Positions 30,005-32,000 of a stretch of 32,000 bases of DNA are shown here, piece by piece (position 1 is the stretch's first letter; each line of letters starts with the position of its first letter). Under the pieces are notes generated by a model. It had not been told where the DNA came from, did not search any database, and worked only from the letters and a program-made list of their open reading frames with translations. The translations under genes were made by a program, and so were the position numbers. This stretch comes from Candidatus Saccharimonadota bacterium (GTDB lineage Bacteria > Pseudomonadota > Gammaproteobacteria > Enterobacterales > Enterobacteriaceae): NCBI RefSeq assembly GCF_000973505.1, contig NZ_CP010048.1:360001-392000 (forward strand), given 5' to 3'.

Positions 30005-31003
30005 TTGGAATATGTGGTGCCAAAATTTACTAAACCTGAAAAAAATAGTTTTATACTTTGCACTGTTTTATCAATGTTGTTGCATTTTATTTTAGCTGTT
30101 TTTTTGTATTATAGTTATACAGTAAAAAATAAAAATAATATATCAAAATTAGCAAATAAAAAAAAATTAACATCCATGGATATAGAATTAACTAATCAAT
30201 ACACAAAAACATCAAAACAACCATTTATTCAGACACCACAAGAAAAATTAAATAAAATAAAAATATTAGAAGACATCACACCCATGCAACCGGTTTCTCA
30301 ACCATCTATTCAGACACCACAAGAAAAATTAAATAAAATAAAAATATTAGAAGACATCACACCCATGCAACCGGTTTCTCAACCATCTATTCAGACACCA
30401 CAAGAAAAATTAAATAAAATAAAAATATTAGAAGACATCACACCCATGCAACCGGTTTCTCAACCATCTATTCAGACACCACAAGAAAAATTAAATAAAA
30501 TAAAAATATTAGAAGACATCACACCCATGCAACCGGTTTCTCAACCATCTATTCAGACACCACAAGAAAAAAAACCACACATTTTACCTAACACTAAAAA
30601 AATTACAAATGAATCTAATCTCAATTATTTATTGAATAAATTCATCAATAATAATGAAAATTTACTACAATTAAAAAATATAAACATAAAATCTATTAAT
30701 AATACTAAATTTTATGAACAAGAATATCAATCAAAACTAGATGCAATAAATTTATATAAAATCATGATTACTCAATCGATCATCAATAAATTTTACAATA
30801 ATACTAATTTTTCTGGAAAACAATGTACTTTACATATCACATTAGAAGACAATGATACAACAAATATCATAAAATCATTTGAAGGCAATTTCGAACTATG
30901 TCAAGCGGCAATATCTGCAGTAAAATTAGCTGAAATACCAAAACCACCTGATTCAGAAATTGGTGAAATTTTTAAAAATATTACATTAAATTTTACACCA
31001 TAA
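30005..31003 (+). CDS. tolA: Tol-Pal system protein TolA with a repeat-expanded central domain
   Basis: 332-aa ORF. It has an N-terminal TM with the conserved His (LSMLLHFILAVF). Its C-terminal domain GKQCTLHITL...ELCQAAISAVKLAEIPKPPDSEIGEIFKNITLNFTP is collinear with the E. coli TolA domain III ending ...ALCQAALAAAKLAKIPKPP...FKNAPLDFKP. The start codon at 30005 is TTG, and GTG codons 3-4 codons downstream are alternatives. Confidence 0.85.
   Translation: MEYVVPKFTKPEKNSFILCTVLSMLLHFILAVFLYYSYTVKNKNNISKLANKKKLTSMDIELTNQYTKTSKQPFIQTPQEKLNKIKILEDITPMQPVSQPSIQTPQEKLNKIKILEDITPMQPVSQPSIQTPQEKLNKIKILEDITPMQPVSQPSIQTPQEKLNKIKILEDITPMQPVSQPSIQTPQEKKPHILPNTKKITNESNLNYLLNKFINNNENLLQLKNINIKSINNTKFYEQEYQSKLDAINLYKIMITQSIINKFYNNTNFSGKQCTLHITLEDNDTTNIIKSFEGNFELCQAAISAVKLAEIPKPPDSEIGEIFKNITLNFTP
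30218..30571 (+). repeat. In-frame 81-bp (27-aa) tandem repeat inside tolA, about 4.4 copies
   Basis: Unit starts (attcagacacc...) fall at 30227, 30308, 30389 and 30470, with a truncated fifth at 30551. The four full units read identically base for base and encode IQTPQEKLNKIKILEDITPMQPVSQPS. The left flank caaccattt (30218) differs from the unit's own end caaccatct by 1 nt. Confidence 0.95.
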
Positions 31004-31093
31004 TAAACATAAATACTATTCCTTTAATATCGAAAAAATAATAATTTATTCATAATTTTTTCCTCTGGGGATAGCAAACAATATTTTTAATCA

Positions 31094-32000
31094 ATGTACC
31101 ACATATTTACATTATTAATTGTTTTTTTTTGTATTCCATCATTGATTTTTGCAGAAATTTGCATTGATATTACTAAAGGAATTAACCGTCCACGTCCAAT
31201 TAGTATTCTTCCTTTTAATACAACAAACCTACTCAATATTGGTGATATTGCCGAAATTATTGCATTTGATTTAAACAGTACTGGTAAATTTTATGTTTTA
31301 TCTCGTACAGAATTTCCAGAACAGCCTACTAATCTTTCTGAAATTACTGTCCACAAATGGTTAAAATCAGGTAACGATATTATCGTTATTGGTAAAATCA
31401 ATATTATAAATAATAATCAGTATGAAATTTTTTATCAATTAGTAAATATTGCTAATAAACATCCTAATAAGACTGTCATTTTACAAAATAAATATACAGT
31501 TACTCAAGAATGGATCCGTTATGCTGCACATACTATTAGTAACGACATTTTTGAAAAATTAATTGGTATTTCAGGGGAATTTTGTACTAAAATTGCTTAC
31601 ATTACGTATGTAAAAAATAGACAATATCCTTACAGATTGTATATTTCTGATTATGATGGTAATAATCAGATTTTAGTCTATCAATCTACAGAACCATTAA
31701 TGTCACCCGCTTGGGCTCCATCTGGAAAACAATTAGCGTATGTACTATTTTCAAATAATCGTTCAATACTTGTATTACATGATTTAAACAATGGTTCTAT
31801 ACGACAAATAGTTAATTTTCCTCGCCATAATGGCGCACCTGCTTTTTCTCCTGATGGAAAAAAATTAGCTTTTGTTTTATCCAAAACAGGGAGTTTAAAT
31901 TTATATATTATGGATCTTAGCTCTAATTATATTAAACAAATTACCAATGAACGTAATAATAATACAGAACCAAGTTGGTTTCCAGATAATAACAATTTAG
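31094..32000 (+). CDS. tolB: Tol-Pal system periplasmic beta-propeller protein TolB, N-terminal about 302 codons; the gene runs off the right edge of the window
   Basis: My manual translation from the ATG at 31094 gives MYHIFTLLIVFFCIPSLIFAEICIDITKG... Later blocks include QEWIRYAAHTISNDIFEKLIGI, STEPLMSPAWAPSGKQLAYV, FPRHNGAPAFSPDGKKLAFVLSKTGSLNLYIMDL and NNTEPSWFPD, matching E. coli TolB. It is absent from the ORF track because no stop codon lies in the window. Confidence 0.93.
   Translation, partial: MYHIFTLLIVFFCIPSLIFAEICIDITKGINRPRPISILPFNTTNLLNIGDIAEIIAFDLNSTGKFYVLSRTEFPEQPTNLSEITVHKWLKSGNDIIVIGKINIINNNQYEIFYQLVNIANKHPNKTVILQNKYTVTQEWIRYAAHTISNDIFEKLIGISGEFCTKIAYITYVKNRQYPYRLYISDYDGNNQILVYQSTEPLMSPAWAPSGKQLAYVLFSNNRSILVLHDLNNGSIRQIVNFPRHNGAPAFSPDGKKLAFVLSKTGSLNLYIMDLSSNYIKQITNERNNNTEPSWFPDNNNL

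Noticed and set aside
30218-30571. The tolA direct repeats as a CRISPR array or mobile-element terminal repeat
   Set aside because: The units are contiguous with no spacers and lie in frame within a gene whose N- and C-terminal domains are clearly TolA. No cas or transposase genes are nearby.

Overview
The window is very AT-rich: roughly 27-30% GC in genes by eye, and far lower in spacers. It is gene-dense and looks like core chromosome of a reduced-genome gammaproteobacterial (Enterobacterales-derived) insect endosymbiont; I cannot name the species from sequence alone. Gene order is a collapsed copy of the E. coli K-12 holA-to-tolB region: holA(partial)-lptE-leuS / lnt-corC-ybeY / ubiF / tRNA Met-Leu-Gln / nagA-nagB / glnS / fldA / ybfF / pgm / gltA / sdhCDAB-sucABCD / tolQRA-tolB(partial). 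Many E. coli neighbours are missing: ybeZ, miaB, asnB, nagC/D/E, fur, ybfE, seqA, cydAB and ybgC. I support 24 apparently intact protein genes (two of them cut by the window edges), 2 homopolymer-frameshifted genes and 3 tRNAs. I found no mobile elements, CRISPR arrays, defence or toxin systems, or foreign-looking islands, and no evidence for a novel multi-gene system. Three things deserve a second look. (1) ybeY and ybfF are each split by a single frameshift inside a long A/T homopolymer, while their downstream frames stay open and keep their catalytic motifs; they are candidates for rescue by transcriptional slippage, or else very recent pseudogenes or homopolymer sequencing errors. (2) tolA contains a perfectly identical 81-bp (27-aa) in-frame tandem repeat, about 4.4 copies, in its periplasm-spanning domain. 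(3) Several locus-architecture oddities: nagBA kept without a transporter or regulator, tol genes placed 36 bp after sucD, tRNAs without encoded CCA, and an orphan terminator-like hairpin. All product calls rest on my recognition of the translated ORFs and motifs and on recalled E. coli synteny. No database search was run.
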